DNA of 59,278 nt from a virus (taxonomy: Duplodnaviria > Caudoviricetes): IMG/VR virus record IMGVR_UViG_3300033405_000018, positions 1 through 59,278 of that record; one strand, written 5' to 3'. The notes under the pieces are model-generated. The model was not told the DNA's origin, did not search any database, and worked only from the letters and a program-made list of their open reading frames with translations. The position numbers and the translations under genes were made by a program. Position 1 is the stretch's first letter. Each line of letters opens with the position of its first letter. Positions 26,325-36,626 of this stretch are shown piece by piece.

Positions 26325-28067
26325 ATGGCAGAAGACGATCAGACATCCATACTGAAGGTACTCGTCCAACTCCGCGACGAGGCAACAGAGCCGCTGAAGA
26401 AGGTGAGCGAGAGCTTTGAGCAGTTCTCGGACAGCCTTCACGGCATCTGGTATTCAGCGTTGGAGATCGGAGCGGGCTACGAGATGCTGAAAGGCATTAT
26501 CGAGCCCGCGTCTGCTTTTGAGGATGCCCAGGTCGGTCTGCGGATGGTCACGAACGACAGCGCAGAGGCCCTAAAGCAGTTTCAGGATCAAGCCGAAGAG
26601 CTTTCCATCAAGTTCCCGAAGTCCGCAGAAGACATCACCACAGCCCAAGAGAACATGTACAAGAAGCTCGGGGATGTGGGCGCCACCCTGAAGGCTACGG
26701 AGATCGCCACGCAACTCGCGACGGCCTTGCGGGTGGATGCGACGACAGGATCAAACATCCTCGGCTCAGCTTTTGAGAATCTGAAAATCAAAGGCAAGGA
26801 CACAAATGAGTCCCTTGAGAAACTCTCTGACAACCTGGCGCTCTTGCGGGCCGGATTCCTAAAGTCTGATGCCCCAGTCGGCAACATGGAGCGAGACCTG
26901 CGGCAGTTGGGGCAGGTAGCCGGCAAGACTCATGTAGATGTAGATCAACTCTTCACTGTGTGGGCTGAGTTGAGCAAGCTCGGGCAGGGCGGCCGGGCCG
27001 GGGCTGCAATCGTCGTCAAGGGCATCATTGATAAACTCACCGAATCGAACAAAGAGGGAACGAACGAACTCGCCCGGTATGGTCTACATATCCAGCGGAC
27101 GAAAGAAAAGCATCTCGACCTGATTGCAACTCTTCAGCAAATCGCCAACCTGCCAAGTGCGCAACGCTCGGCCCTCGTGAACCAGATGAAGGGTCAGAAT
27201 GATGCTCTAGGCCTGCTGGTGCAGAACATGGGCGACATGCACGCAGTCCTGGCGCGGTTTAATGCGGACGAGGGGGAAGCGGCCAAGGACGCGCAGAAGG
27301 TCAACGACACTACATCAGCAGCGTTTAAGCGGCTTGGAGACGCTGCGACAAATCTTAGGGTCGCATTAGGTGTAGGGACCAAAGGGCAAATAGATGGAAT
27401 CACCAAAGCTCTGACAGAGATGACTACCGCATTGACTGGGCTCACGAATGCTCATCCCGCTATCGCGAAGATTGGAACAGACTTAGCTATGGCCGCAGCA
27501 GGACTGGTGACATTTGCCGGAATCATGGGAGCCGGAAAAATGTTTCTCCCATTTATGCGCCTTAGTTGGGCTGCATCGGGTATTCCGGCTCTTATTGATA
27601 TGCTCTACTCTGCACGGATCGCCCTTTTCTTGCTTTCGGGATGGGATGCGGCTTCACTTGTAAGCAGCATCGGATCAGTAGTAGCAGCGCTTGGTCCGCT
27701 TATTGCAGCACTGACGGCTGTAGGGGCTCTCGGGGGGTGGTTGGGAGGAAACTTTGGTGCCGGTCATCAGGCTGGTCCTGGCCCCAATGCAACCGAAGTC
27801 GAACCATGGATGCTTAAAATTCCTGGCTATCGCAATTTTGCGAACGCCGATGCGGCAACTATGATTTCAGCGCACTCGGGAGATGTACACTACAGCCCCA
27901 GCATCACCGTAAATGTGAATGGATCATCTGATGCACAAGGTGTTGGCTCTGCCGTTCATGATGTTATGGGTGAGCACGAACGCAGGTTTATGAGATTCCT
28001 GCGTGATTCACAGCATGATGATGCGCGCCGCAGTTTTGGCGATCATTCGTTTGCGGGAGCGCGCTGA
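26325..28067 (+). CDS. Tail tape measure protein
   Basis: Helical Ala-rich, LRDEATEPL, hydrophobic C-terminal segments; position. Confidence 0.85.
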   Translation: MAEDDQTSILKVLVQLRDEATEPLKKVSESFEQFSDSLHGIWYSALEIGAGYEMLKGIIEPASAFEDAQVGLRMVTNDSAEALKQFQDQAEELSIKFPKSAEDITTAQENMYKKLGDVGATLKATEIATQLATALRVDATTGSNILGSAFENLKIKGKDTNESLEKLSDNLALLRAGFLKSDAPVGNMERDLRQLGQVAGKTHVDVDQLFTVWAELSKLGQGGRAGAAIVVKGIIDKLTESNKEGTNELARYGLHIQRTKEKHLDLIATLQQIANLPSAQRSALVNQMKGQNDALGLLVQNMGDMHAVLARFNADEGEAAKDAQKVNDTTSAAFKRLGDAATNLRVALGVGTKGQIDGITKALTEMTTALTGLTNAHPAIAKIGTDLAMAAAGLVTFAGIMGAGKMFLPFMRLSWAASGIPALIDMLYSARIALFLLSGWDAASLVSSIGSVVAALGPLIAALTAVGALGGWLGGNFGAGHQAGPGPNATEVEPWMLKIPGYRNFANADAATMISAHSGDVHYSPSITVNVNGSSDAQGVGSAVHDVMGEHERRFMRFLRDSQHDDARRSFGDHSFAGAR

Positions 28068-28645
28068 TGTTTGCATCGTTTGGCCCAATCTCGTTTCAGC
28101 CTCTTGCGAGTCCTACCAAGCTGGAGGTTGAGAAGAAGTACCACTATGAAGCAATCAATGTAATCGGTGCGCCTCCCGTGTTGCAGTGGATTTACGACAA
28201 CCTGCGCCACGTTGAACTGTCGATCTACCTTCACAATTTCTGGTGCAAGCCCCAGACGGCCATTGATGCTCTGACTCAGCTTGCCGACTTCCATGTTCCG
28301 CAGCAATTCGTCTTTGGCAACAAGAACACCCTCGGGACCTTTGTCATCTCGAACTACCGGCTGAAACAGCGGTGGATGGCCGACGATGGCTCTGCGATCG
28401 CTGCGGAGATGGACCTTGAGCTGACTGAGTACGTCGCACCATCTACGCTCCAGAGCAACACCATGACGGTCGGTACCATTGGCAATTCGACTATCAACAC
28501 CAATCCTCCAGGGCTCACCACTTCACAGAGCGCGGCGGCCGGATCGACGCTTGTCGTGAGTCCTGCCACGGCTTCCCCCTCGGGCATACCGGCACAGACG
28601 CCCTATACGAATATCCCGTTGAGCACGATTGCGAGGGCTGCCTAG
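28067..28645 (+). CDS. P2 GpU-like tail tube initiator
   Basis: MFASFGPISF, PVLQWI, LGTFVI, LELTEY. Confidence 0.8.
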   Translation: MFASFGPISFQPLASPTKLEVEKKYHYEAINVIGAPPVLQWIYDNLRHVELSIYLHNFWCKPQTAIDALTQLADFHVPQQFVFGNKNTLGTFVISNYRLKQRWMADDGSAIAAEMDLELTEYVAPSTLQSNTMTVGTIGNSTINTNPPGLTTSQSAAAGSTLVVSPATASPSGIPAQTPYTNIPLSTIARAA

Positions 28646-28933
28646 ATGCCGAATGTCGTAATTCCAAACGGTGGAAGCGGGGTCCTGACGGCATCACTCG
28701 TCACCACCTATGTCAATCCGGCCGCGCCATCCTCGGGCATCATCTACGTATCCAAAGGGGAGCGCTGGGACTCGATTGCGTGGAAGATGTACGGTGACAG
28801 TACGCAGATTGAGCCGCTGATTCAGAACAACCCAGGCATTCCGATTGGCGATTATGTGGCGCAAGGCACACAGGTCTTTGTCCCGCTGATTACGCCAGCA
28901 ACCAGCACAACCAGCAGCACGCCGTGGGGTTGA
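28646..28933 (+). CDS. P2 GpX-like (LysM-like) tail protein
   Basis: GERWDSIAWKMYGD...LIQNNP. Confidence 0.8.
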   Translation: MPNVVIPNGGSGVLTASLVTTYVNPAAPSSGIIYVSKGERWDSIAWKMYGDSTQIEPLIQNNPGIPIGDYVAQGTQVFVPLITPATSTTSSTPWG

Positions 28934-28987
28934 ATATTCCTCTTGATAAACGCGCTGGAAGGTGTTTAATAAGAGGAGGAGGAGACT

Positions 28988-29428
28988 ATGGAAATGTCAA
29001 ATGATGAACTTTCTCGGCGCGTGGTGAAATTTGTGGAAGACGTGGCCGCTATTAAGGGGAAGAAGCTGAAAAAGAAGGAATTAAAACCAATCGACGAAGA
29101 ACTGATTATGGCGGCACTCTGTGCATACGCCATGGCAGCTCCATCTTGCATGTGTACTCAGTATCCGCTGGAAGATTTGAAAGCCGGCATGGCCGCAGCG
29201 ATTCGCGTGGTGTACGCAGTATTTGAAGCGAACCGTATATGCGCTTTGCTACCGGCGGCGGATCGCATCAAAATCGAATCAAGCAGCCATGGTGACCATG
29301 TAATCCTTGACGGCGACCCGCTTGGTATAAGGTCGGAAAATTTTCACTGTCTAAGGAATGCAGAAATCTACAGAATTGGCCTTATTGAAATGCTCACCGC
29401 TAGGGAAGTGACCGCAAATGCTCCATAG
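28988..29428 (+). CDS. Moron-like hypothetical protein
   Basis: Own promoter-like TTGATA-N16-TTTAAT (28943-28970), GAGGAGGAGGAG RBS; interrupts the X-D gene order. Confidence 0.65.
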   Translation: MEMSNDELSRRVVKFVEDVAAIKGKKLKKKELKPIDEELIMAALCAYAMAAPSCMCTQYPLEDLKAGMAAAIRVVYAVFEANRICALLPAADRIKIESSSHGDHVILDGDPLGIRSENFHCLRNAEIYRIGLIEMLTAREVTANAP

Positions 29429-29651
29429 AAGGAGAAGTTGTTTGATGGGGATGAGTATGGAAGAGAGAGGGCAGGTCCGTGATTGGCCGTGTCACAATCC
29501 TTTGGGCTCGGATTGTCTGCCACTCTCTCGTCTACTCCTAGTTGTCCGCCGTTTACCGTTGAATCCGGGTCTGAGATCGCCGGCCGGTGTCGCTACTAAT
29601 GGATATTCTCCAGGCAGCTCACAGGAGTCCCACAGGTATTATTAAACCACA

Positions 29652-30713
29652 ATGAGCGCATCCGTTCAAATCCCGGCGTGGCAAATCAAGATCGGCGGTA
29701 CTCAAGTCGCCGGCAACCTGCTCACTCATTCCCAGCACATCCACTATGACGAGGCTATTGGTGGCAAGGCGAACGTGCTGGAGATTCAGGTTGAGGACTC
29801 GGCGCGCGCATGGGCAAACAATCCCCCGGTCATCGGCACGGCGCTGAGTCTGTCCATCGGTTATCAAGGCCAATCTCTCGTGTCCTGCGGGAACTTTGAG
29901 GTGGACGAATGGGAGTCGGAGGGACCACCAGACACGTTCTTGATCCGAGCGATACAGGCCGGAGTTACGCACGCCATCAGGACCCCAAAATCAGTCGCCT
30001 ATGAAGGCCAATCCCTCATTTCAATAGCGAACACCATCGCCAACCAGTACGGCATGAGTGTTGACTCTTCAGCGGTGAGTCCTGACGTTCCTTATCAACG
30101 CCTGACGCAGCGACTTGAGACTGATCTCGGATTCCTGCATCGCATCGCCAACGCGCACAACTACGAGTTCACCATCCGCGGGAATCAACTCGTCTTCTAC
30201 AGCCGGCCACAACTCGACGCACAGACCGGCGCGCTGACGATCTACAAGACGGACTCGACGCGCTTCCGCATTCACCAGCAGCACCACGGAGACAAGACCT
30301 ACAAAAAGGCTGTGGTGATGTATTTTGACCCAAACTCGAAGAAACTTCTTCAGGCAACGGCCAACGCCGCCTCCACAACGACTCAGAGCACCGACTTGAG
30401 CCTTCAGGACACTCTACTAGTCCGGGAGCGCATAGAGAACGCACAGCAGGCCACTCTGCGCGCACAGGCCCATCTCCACGCCGCCAATATGCATGTCCTG
30501 AAGGGTGAGGTGATCATTCCTGGCTCGATGGTCTACCGGGCCGGGAATCCGGTCATGCTCTCAGGCTTCGGAACGGCTCTTGATTCGATAAAATGGATCA
30601 TCAACGAAGGCAAGCACCGGCTGGACCGGAATGGGTACAAAACCTCTTTGGAACTCAGGACCACAATAACCGGCGCAGCAACACAGTTCGCCTCAGACGA
30701 CTACGGAGAGTAA
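29652..30713 (+). CDS. Baseplate hub (P2 late control D-like)
   Basis: IGYQG...GNFEVDE, QRLETDLGFLHRIA. Confidence 0.88.
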   Translation: MSASVQIPAWQIKIGGTQVAGNLLTHSQHIHYDEAIGGKANVLEIQVEDSARAWANNPPVIGTALSLSIGYQGQSLVSCGNFEVDEWESEGPPDTFLIRAIQAGVTHAIRTPKSVAYEGQSLISIANTIANQYGMSVDSSAVSPDVPYQRLTQRLETDLGFLHRIANAHNYEFTIRGNQLVFYSRPQLDAQTGALTIYKTDSTRFRIHQQHHGDKTYKKAVVMYFDPNSKKLLQATANAASTTTQSTDLSLQDTLLVRERIENAQQATLRAQAHLHAANMHVLKGEVIIPGSMVYRAGNPVMLSGFGTALDSIKWIINEGKHRLDRNGYKTSLELRTTITGAATQFASDDYGE

Positions 30714-31358
30714 ATGCCAGACCCAGTGCGCGGACCATACACGGAGCAGTTCCACCCGCCCTACAGGACGGGCATTGTCGCGCAGATTGAGTCTGTGCCG
30801 CCCTACCGGGTGCGCGTGCAGTTTCCTGACCAGGGTAATGTTCTGTCGTGGTGGTTGCCAGTCCAAGTCATGAAGACGATGAATGACAAAGACTTCTGGC
30901 AGCCAGACATTGGCGAGCAGGTCTCAGTCGTCATGGATGAGTGGGACGAAAACGGCATCGTGACCGGCGGTGTCCCGTCAACGGTAGATTCGGCACCAGC
31001 AGGACTCACGCCTGCCGACCGCTACACGCAATTCGCGGACGGGACGATCATCCACTACAACACGTCAACACACCAGCTTCAGGTGACGCTCGGGGCCGGT
31101 GGTCAGATGGTGCTTACACAACCATCGGGAGGAAAAGTTGAACTGGATTCGAGCGGCAATGTTGAGATTCAGGCTGCAAGTAGCATTTCGCTTACCAACG
31201 GCGGCGCGGCGGCGGATGCGTTGGCGCTGGTTAGTAAACTGGTGACAGCGTTCAATGCACACACGCACTCCGACCCGCAAGGTGGAGTGACCGGCGCACC
31301 GACAACGCCATGGACGGCAAGCACGATTGAGAGTGTCCTGACGAAGGTTTCAAACTGA
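30714..31358 (+). CDS. Baseplate spike (GpV)
   Basis: RVRVQFPD...WLPV, PDIGEQV, C-terminal HTH metal-binding motif (FNAHTHSD). Confidence 0.9.
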   Translation: MPDPVRGPYTEQFHPPYRTGIVAQIESVPPYRVRVQFPDQGNVLSWWLPVQVMKTMNDKDFWQPDIGEQVSVVMDEWDENGIVTGGVPSTVDSAPAGLTPADRYTQFADGTIIHYNTSTHQLQVTLGAGGQMVLTQPSGGKVELDSSGNVEIQAASSISLTNGGAAADALALVSKLVTAFNAHTHSDPQGGVTGAPTTPWTASTIESVLTKVSN

Positions 31359-31807
31359 TGTCGACGACTTTCCCATATGCGACCCTCACCAATATCCAGT
31401 CCGCCAGCTGGGAGTTGATGCTTGATTCGACGGCTGGAGGAGGACCAGGATCAGGACTCGGACAAGTGTGCCAAGCGCTCTCCGACGTGCATCAGACGCT
31501 CAAGATCATCTTTTCGACAATCCCCGGCGAAGATCCTTTCCGCCCCACGTTCGGCTGCGACCTGACGCAGTTCCTCGACCGGCCGCTTACCGTTGCGATT
31601 CCGGCCATCATTGGTGCCATATCCTCAGCGATTGACGATTGGGAACCGCGCATCACCCTTGAGAGCGTTGATGTTGCCGCCAGCACAACCAACATCGGGA
31701 CTCTCGATGTGACGATCAACTGGAAGCCGAATATGGGATCGAGCAGTTCTACCACGACTACGATAGGCACAGAGAGCACGACAGTACCTGTGGGAGGATC
31801 TTCTTAA
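31358..31807 (+). CDS. Baseplate GpW/gp25-like protein
   Basis: TIPGEDPFRPTFGC, WEPRITL. Confidence 0.9.
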   Translation: MSTTFPYATLTNIQSASWELMLDSTAGGGPGSGLGQVCQALSDVHQTLKIIFSTIPGEDPFRPTFGCDLTQFLDRPLTVAIPAIIGAISSAIDDWEPRITLESVDVAASTTNIGTLDVTINWKPNMGSSSSTTTTIGTESTTVPVGGSS

Positions 31808-33094
31808 ATGCCGGTCATCATTCCAGCGAATACGTTCCCAGCCGCCACCGGCACTCCTCAGACGGTCCCTGTTGATCTGCCTACGCCATCGTTCGTCAAT
31901 GACTCAGACGGACTCGATGCAACACTAGTTCTGAACGACATGGTGAGCAAGTTCGAGACGGACACCAGTAGGACCCTTTACCCGGCCCAGGTCGAGCAAC
32001 TGCTTATCAACCTTTATGCCTACCGCGAGATTTTGGTGCGCAACGCAATCCAGTATTGCGGCCTCCAGAACCTGCTCGCATTCGCCGTCTACCCGATGCT
32101 GGACTACCTTGGCGAGTATCTGGATTGCACCAGGCTCCCCGCGCAGTACGCCACGACGATGTTACAGTTCACGCTCATTGCGGCACAGCCATCTGACACT
32201 ACGATTGCTTCTGGTACGCAGATCGGGACCCAAGACGGCCTCAACATCTTCGCCACGACCTCAGCGCTCACGATTGCTGCTGGACAGACGGCAGGGACCG
32301 TAGCGGCACAATGCACAACAGCAGGACTCAGCGGCAACGGCTATATCGCCGGGCAGGTTAGTGTCCTGCTGGGTTCATTTCCGCTCGTGGCCAGCGTCAC
32401 GAACACGACCACGACAGCCAATGGAACTGACGGAGAACCGGCCGGAACGACTGCGGGAGACAATCACTACAGGATACGCATCCAGGCGGCACCAAACAAC
32501 CTCACGACGGCTGGTCCAAGCAACCAGTACCGCTCTTTGGCACTTGATGTGAGTTCAATAATCGTTGACGCGCAAGTACCAACAACACCAGCAACGCCGG
32601 GCACGGTGCAGGTCTATGTCCTGACAGGACCCGTAACGCAGCCTGCGTCATCGCCAAACAGTGCGGGTATCGCCTCTGGCACCCTGCTTTCCGCCGTTCA
32701 ATCGGCTCTCAGCGCGCAGACTGTGCGACCTCTTTGCGACACCGTATTGGTTTCGGCAGTGACGGAAGTCGATTACACCGTGACCGGAGCGATCACGCTT
32801 TACGCCAATGCCAGTTACTCAACCATTGCCGCTGGAATCACTGCGGCGGCTCAGAACCTTGCTTTGACACTTGCTGCAAACATCGAGCAGGACATAGTCC
32901 TCAGCCAGTGGCAATCTGCCCTCAGCGTTTCGGGGGTCTACGACATGCAATTGACTCTCGCGGCGAACATCGGGGGAACCCTACTCACACCGACTTCTGA
33001 CGGCAGTTTTTTGCTCACAGCAGGACAATGGGCGAACTGCACCGCAATCAACCTGACCATCGTTATGGGAACGAAAAACCAGCCAGTAAGTTAG
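31808..33094 (+). CDS. Baseplate J protein
   Basis: LDYLG, YRIRIQAAP...TAGPSNQY, PGTVQV, VRPLCDTV. Confidence 0.9.
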   Translation: MPVIIPANTFPAATGTPQTVPVDLPTPSFVNDSDGLDATLVLNDMVSKFETDTSRTLYPAQVEQLLINLYAYREILVRNAIQYCGLQNLLAFAVYPMLDYLGEYLDCTRLPAQYATTMLQFTLIAAQPSDTTIASGTQIGTQDGLNIFATTSALTIAAGQTAGTVAAQCTTAGLSGNGYIAGQVSVLLGSFPLVASVTNTTTTANGTDGEPAGTTAGDNHYRIRIQAAPNNLTTAGPSNQYRSLALDVSSIIVDAQVPTTPATPGTVQVYVLTGPVTQPASSPNSAGIASGTLLSAVQSALSAQTVRPLCDTVLVSAVTEVDYTVTGAITLYANASYSTIAAGITAAAQNLALTLAANIEQDIVLSQWQSALSVSGVYDMQLTLAANIGGTLLTPTSDGSFLLTAGQWANCTAINLTIVMGTKNQPVS

Positions 33095-33111
33095 ACCAAG
33101 GAGAAATGTAG

Positions 33112-35424
33112 ATGAAACGAATTGCGCTCTTTCTTTTCCTGGTTCTTTCAGCAGTGGCATGTTTTGCGCAGACGCAGATTGACCCAACTTACCAGATTCA
33201 ATGGAATTTGCTCTCCGGTTCTGGTGCGCCTTTGATCACTTGCACGCAGAATGGCGACTACACCGTCTACCCATACGGTGCCCAGTGGGGTCAGTCCTAT
33301 CAGGACAAGACAAACAATGTCGAGTATAAATGCACAGCGTCTGGGTGGGTGCAGAACGCCACACAAGCAGCACTCAATGCAGTACAGACCACAGCCAACG
33401 CGGCGCTGCCTGCCAATGGCCTCACCACCTCTCCCGGTGGAAATATCAGTGGGGCGGGTACGGCTACATTTGGTAACCTCGCGGCTACGATTACGTCAAC
33501 TGCGCCAAACATCTCTGTTTCCGTTCTAGAGTACGGAGCAGTAGGCAACGGGTCTACCGACGACACTGCGGCTATTCAGGCAGCGCTGAACTCGAAGACA
33601 AACAATCTCACCGTCCATGGAGTCGGAAAGAGCTATCGAACAACTGCTCCGATCTACATTCGCGGAAACTCAAAAATTCTGGACTTCGATGGCGGACAGC
33701 TCGTCTACGACATTACCTCAGTAGCTAAATTCACGATAACGGCCTACTCGTCAGGATCGAACGTATTCACGCTGACAGGATCAAACAGTTTAACGGCAGG
33801 GCAATATGTTGTATTTTCTGTATCCGTCGGGCCTACCGTGCTAAACGGACTAACTCTGCCGGTATTGTCAACTGGCTTGAGCAGCTCACAGTTTGAGGTG
33901 GCGTATACCGGAGCATCCGGTTCTGGGTCTGTAACGGGAACGGCCTCTACGATATCTGCGGCGCTCATCATTGACAATCCAAATGCTACCCCAGCATCCA
34001 CCGCTGGAGCCCCGACTTACTATCAAGGAGCAAAAAACGTTTCAATTTATGCCATCAATAGCACCCCTTTAATCGCGAACACCGCTGGCATTCTTGTTGA
34101 AGATGGATCTTACAACGTGGATACCGAGAATGTCTATCTGCAGGGGTTTGGCTCTCAGTCTTCAAGCGGCTATTGCATGGCAATTTTCGGCGGTCCGAAC
34201 GGCAGCAATGGCGGCGTGAACGATTCGCCGTATTATGGATATTATAAGAACTTCAGTGCCTATGGGTGCTATAAGGGGCTGTTTGTTGGGACCACATCTG
34301 GTCCAGCTCTTGCTAGTGCTCAACTGCTCACCACCCAGAAATTCGAAAATCCCACTGTGCGGGCCAGTGTGAATCACGGATATCATATTTACTATGCGCA
34401 GAACATCACGCTGGATGCACCCGACGCAGAATCCAACGGCGGAGCAAACATGCGTTGGGAAAACAGCGGGAATATTTTTTGCTTTGGAGGATTCATTGAA
34501 GGTGGCCACCCGAATATAGATCCAGTCAATATTCTCGCCAATTTCAACAACGTGAATTTGTGCAATGTTTACCCGGCAAATGGCGATCCAGGCACGACGG
34601 CGTCAACCTACGGTCAAAACCCTGCCATTGGATTGCAGGGAAACATGATTCAGCTCAACCGCATCGGGTCCACTCAGGTTTTGATGAACAACGGGGACAT
34701 CATCCCCAATATTCAACCCGGTACTTTTGAGGTGTATTCGCTGGTCTCAGGAGATTATGGGCGTTTCACGATAGCCAACAACAGCGTTATTTTGGCGGAG
34801 AGCACATCATCTTCGTTGTTCTCGACGATACAGGGGAACGCCAGCACGATCAACGTCTATTGGGATGCGACAAATAGCTATTATGCTGTACAGAACAACT
34901 CGACAGGAGGATACTTCAGGCTCTATCAGAAGTATGGAAGCCCGAATGCTGGCACAGCATTGGCGTCGATGTACATGCCGAACTTGATGGCGCCGCCAGC
35001 GAATCTGGCCGCGAGTGGCAATGGTGGTGTGACTGGTACTTTGCCGGTCTCTAAAGTTGGATTCAACGCATGGTCAACTTGGACACCAACTGATCAGAGT
35101 GGTGGCAGCCTGACGTTTTCCAGCTCTGGACTTTCGTGCACCCAGACGGGACATACAGAGTTCTGTCAAGGGTATATCCAATATCCATCGACATCGGATA
35201 GTCACAACGCGAAGATCGGCGGATTGCCTGTCCAGCCTGTATACAACACTGGAGTAATGGCAATCGGGAGTTCACCATCGATTGCGGCAGGATCTCCGGG
35301 AATCCAAGCATTAGGCAGCACAAACAACGCGGCGTTCTATACACTCAACGGAGGTGTCAACTTGACAAACGCCAACCTTTCAGGCGTTACGCTTTACTTG
35401 GCGTTTTTTTATCAGACAAACTGA
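33112..35424 (+). CDS. Tailspike/depolymerase-like beta-helix protein with N-terminal signal peptide
   Basis: MKRIALFLFLVLSAVACFA|Q; VSVLEYGAVGNGSTDDTAAIQAAL (pectate-lyase-3-type cap); fibre-like C-terminus WSTWTPT...IGGLP. Confidence 0.75.
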   Translation: MKRIALFLFLVLSAVACFAQTQIDPTYQIQWNLLSGSGAPLITCTQNGDYTVYPYGAQWGQSYQDKTNNVEYKCTASGWVQNATQAALNAVQTTANAALPANGLTTSPGGNISGAGTATFGNLAATITSTAPNISVSVLEYGAVGNGSTDDTAAIQAALNSKTNNLTVHGVGKSYRTTAPIYIRGNSKILDFDGGQLVYDITSVAKFTITAYSSGSNVFTLTGSNSLTAGQYVVFSVSVGPTVLNGLTLPVLSTGLSSSQFEVAYTGASGSGSVTGTASTISAALIIDNPNATPASTAGAPTYYQGAKNVSIYAINSTPLIANTAGILVEDGSYNVDTENVYLQGFGSQSSSGYCMAIFGGPNGSNGGVNDSPYYGYYKNFSAYGCYKGLFVGTTSGPALASAQLLTTQKFENPTVRASVNHGYHIYYAQNITLDAPDAESNGGANMRWENSGNIFCFGGFIEGGHPNIDPVNILANFNNVNLCNVYPANGDPGTTASTYGQNPAIGLQGNMIQLNRIGSTQVLMNNGDIIPNIQPGTFEVYSLVSGDYGRFTIANNSVILAESTSSSLFSTIQGNASTINVYWDATNSYYAVQNNSTGGYFRLYQKYGSPNAGTALASMYMPNLMAPPANLAASGNGGVTGTLPVSKVGFNAWSTWTPTDQSGGSLTFSSSGLSCTQTGHTEFCQGYIQYPSTSDSHNAKIGGLPVQPVYNTGVMAIGSSPSIAAGSPGIQALGSTNNAAFYTLNGGVNLTNANLSGVTLYLAFFYQTN

Positions 35425-35482
35425 CCCTTGCTGTATGCACTACGGTAGTTCATTTAATAGGCCAAAGGAGGGCCTGAGCAGC

Positions 35483-36619
35483 ATGGCAAACAATCTCAGG
35501 CCCGCATCATCAATCAACGACCTCAGAACGACGGCTCACATGGCTCTATCGGCGCGCCTGCAAGCTATCGACTTGACTCCTCTACTCATCAGGACTCTCG
35601 GAACCAACCTCCCATCCTCCATCTTGCCGTACTTGATATGGGAACTCGACATGATGGTTCCCAGTGTCCCGATGCAAGCGTTGGGCGTTACCTCACAGAC
35701 CATCATCCAGAACGCCCTTCCATTGCACAAGATCATGGGCACGCCGGGAGCTATCAGCCAAGCACTATCCCTCTGCGGATTCAACGCCACTATGTACGAG
35801 GGGCAGGCATCATGGGGAGGATCTTCTTATCCTGCCAACCAAGGATGGGCTGTATTTCGCGTGGGAGTCGCAGGATCTGGACAATCGCCTATCGGAGTCA
35901 TAGACGGCACAAATAGATCATTCAATCTTCCCGCGGTCCCGGTCGGAAACTCCCTGCGTGTCTTCTACAACGGACTATTGCAGCTTCCTGGCGTTGGCTA
36001 TACAACGTCGGGAACAGGACTCGAAATGTCTTTTACCCCGGCCCTTGGCTCTGCGCTTTGTGTCCTGATGCGCAAATCCACGGACGGCACTCCCCTCTAC
36101 TTTGATGCTGTTGTGCCTATGGTATCGGGATCGAATCTAATCCTTCCTGAAGCGCCAATATCGATTGAACTCTACCGCAATGGGATGTTTCAAAGCATGG
36201 GGGCTTCCCCGGCACAACTCGAATACATGGCCACGATCATCAACTTCTTTAAGCCGGCGCGGTGTCTTCTCGATTCCGTCTTTGCGGAGGGCGGCAAAGA
36301 TTACTACATCCTCGACGGGAACACAATCATTCCATCTGTGCCGATCGGCAGCGCATCCTTCCTCGCATGGGGAACCTACGCGGGAACTGGAACGGCTCCA
36401 AACTTTGCTGACTGGATCACGCCGACAGGAACGCTGAATGGGACCAACAAGATTTTCACCCTTCCACAAGCCCCGAGCCCGGCTGCCAGCCTACGCCTCT
36501 ACCGCGGATGGCAAGTCCTCAAGTCGGGAGGAGTTGACTACACGTTGAGCGGTGCCACAATCACCTACACGATTGCCCCGCCGCCCACAGCCACGCATAT
36601 GGCCTTCTACCGATACTAG
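35483..36619 (+). CDS. Baseplate protein I (P2 gpI-like) with added beta domains
   Basis: LPYLIWE, LHKIMGTPGAISQAL, WAVFRV, INFFKPARCLL. Confidence 0.8.
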   Translation: MANNLRPASSINDLRTTAHMALSARLQAIDLTPLLIRTLGTNLPSSILPYLIWELDMMVPSVPMQALGVTSQTIIQNALPLHKIMGTPGAISQALSLCGFNATMYEGQASWGGSSYPANQGWAVFRVGVAGSGQSPIGVIDGTNRSFNLPAVPVGNSLRVFYNGLLQLPGVGYTTSGTGLEMSFTPALGSALCVLMRKSTDGTPLYFDAVVPMVSGSNLILPEAPISIELYRNGMFQSMGASPAQLEYMATIINFFKPARCLLDSVFAEGGKDYYILDGNTIIPSVPIGSASFLAWGTYAGTGTAPNFADWITPTGTLNGTNKIFTLPQAPSPAASLRLYRGWQVLKSGGVDYTLSGATITYTIAPPPTATHMAFYRY

Positions 36620-36626
36620 GGTGAGG

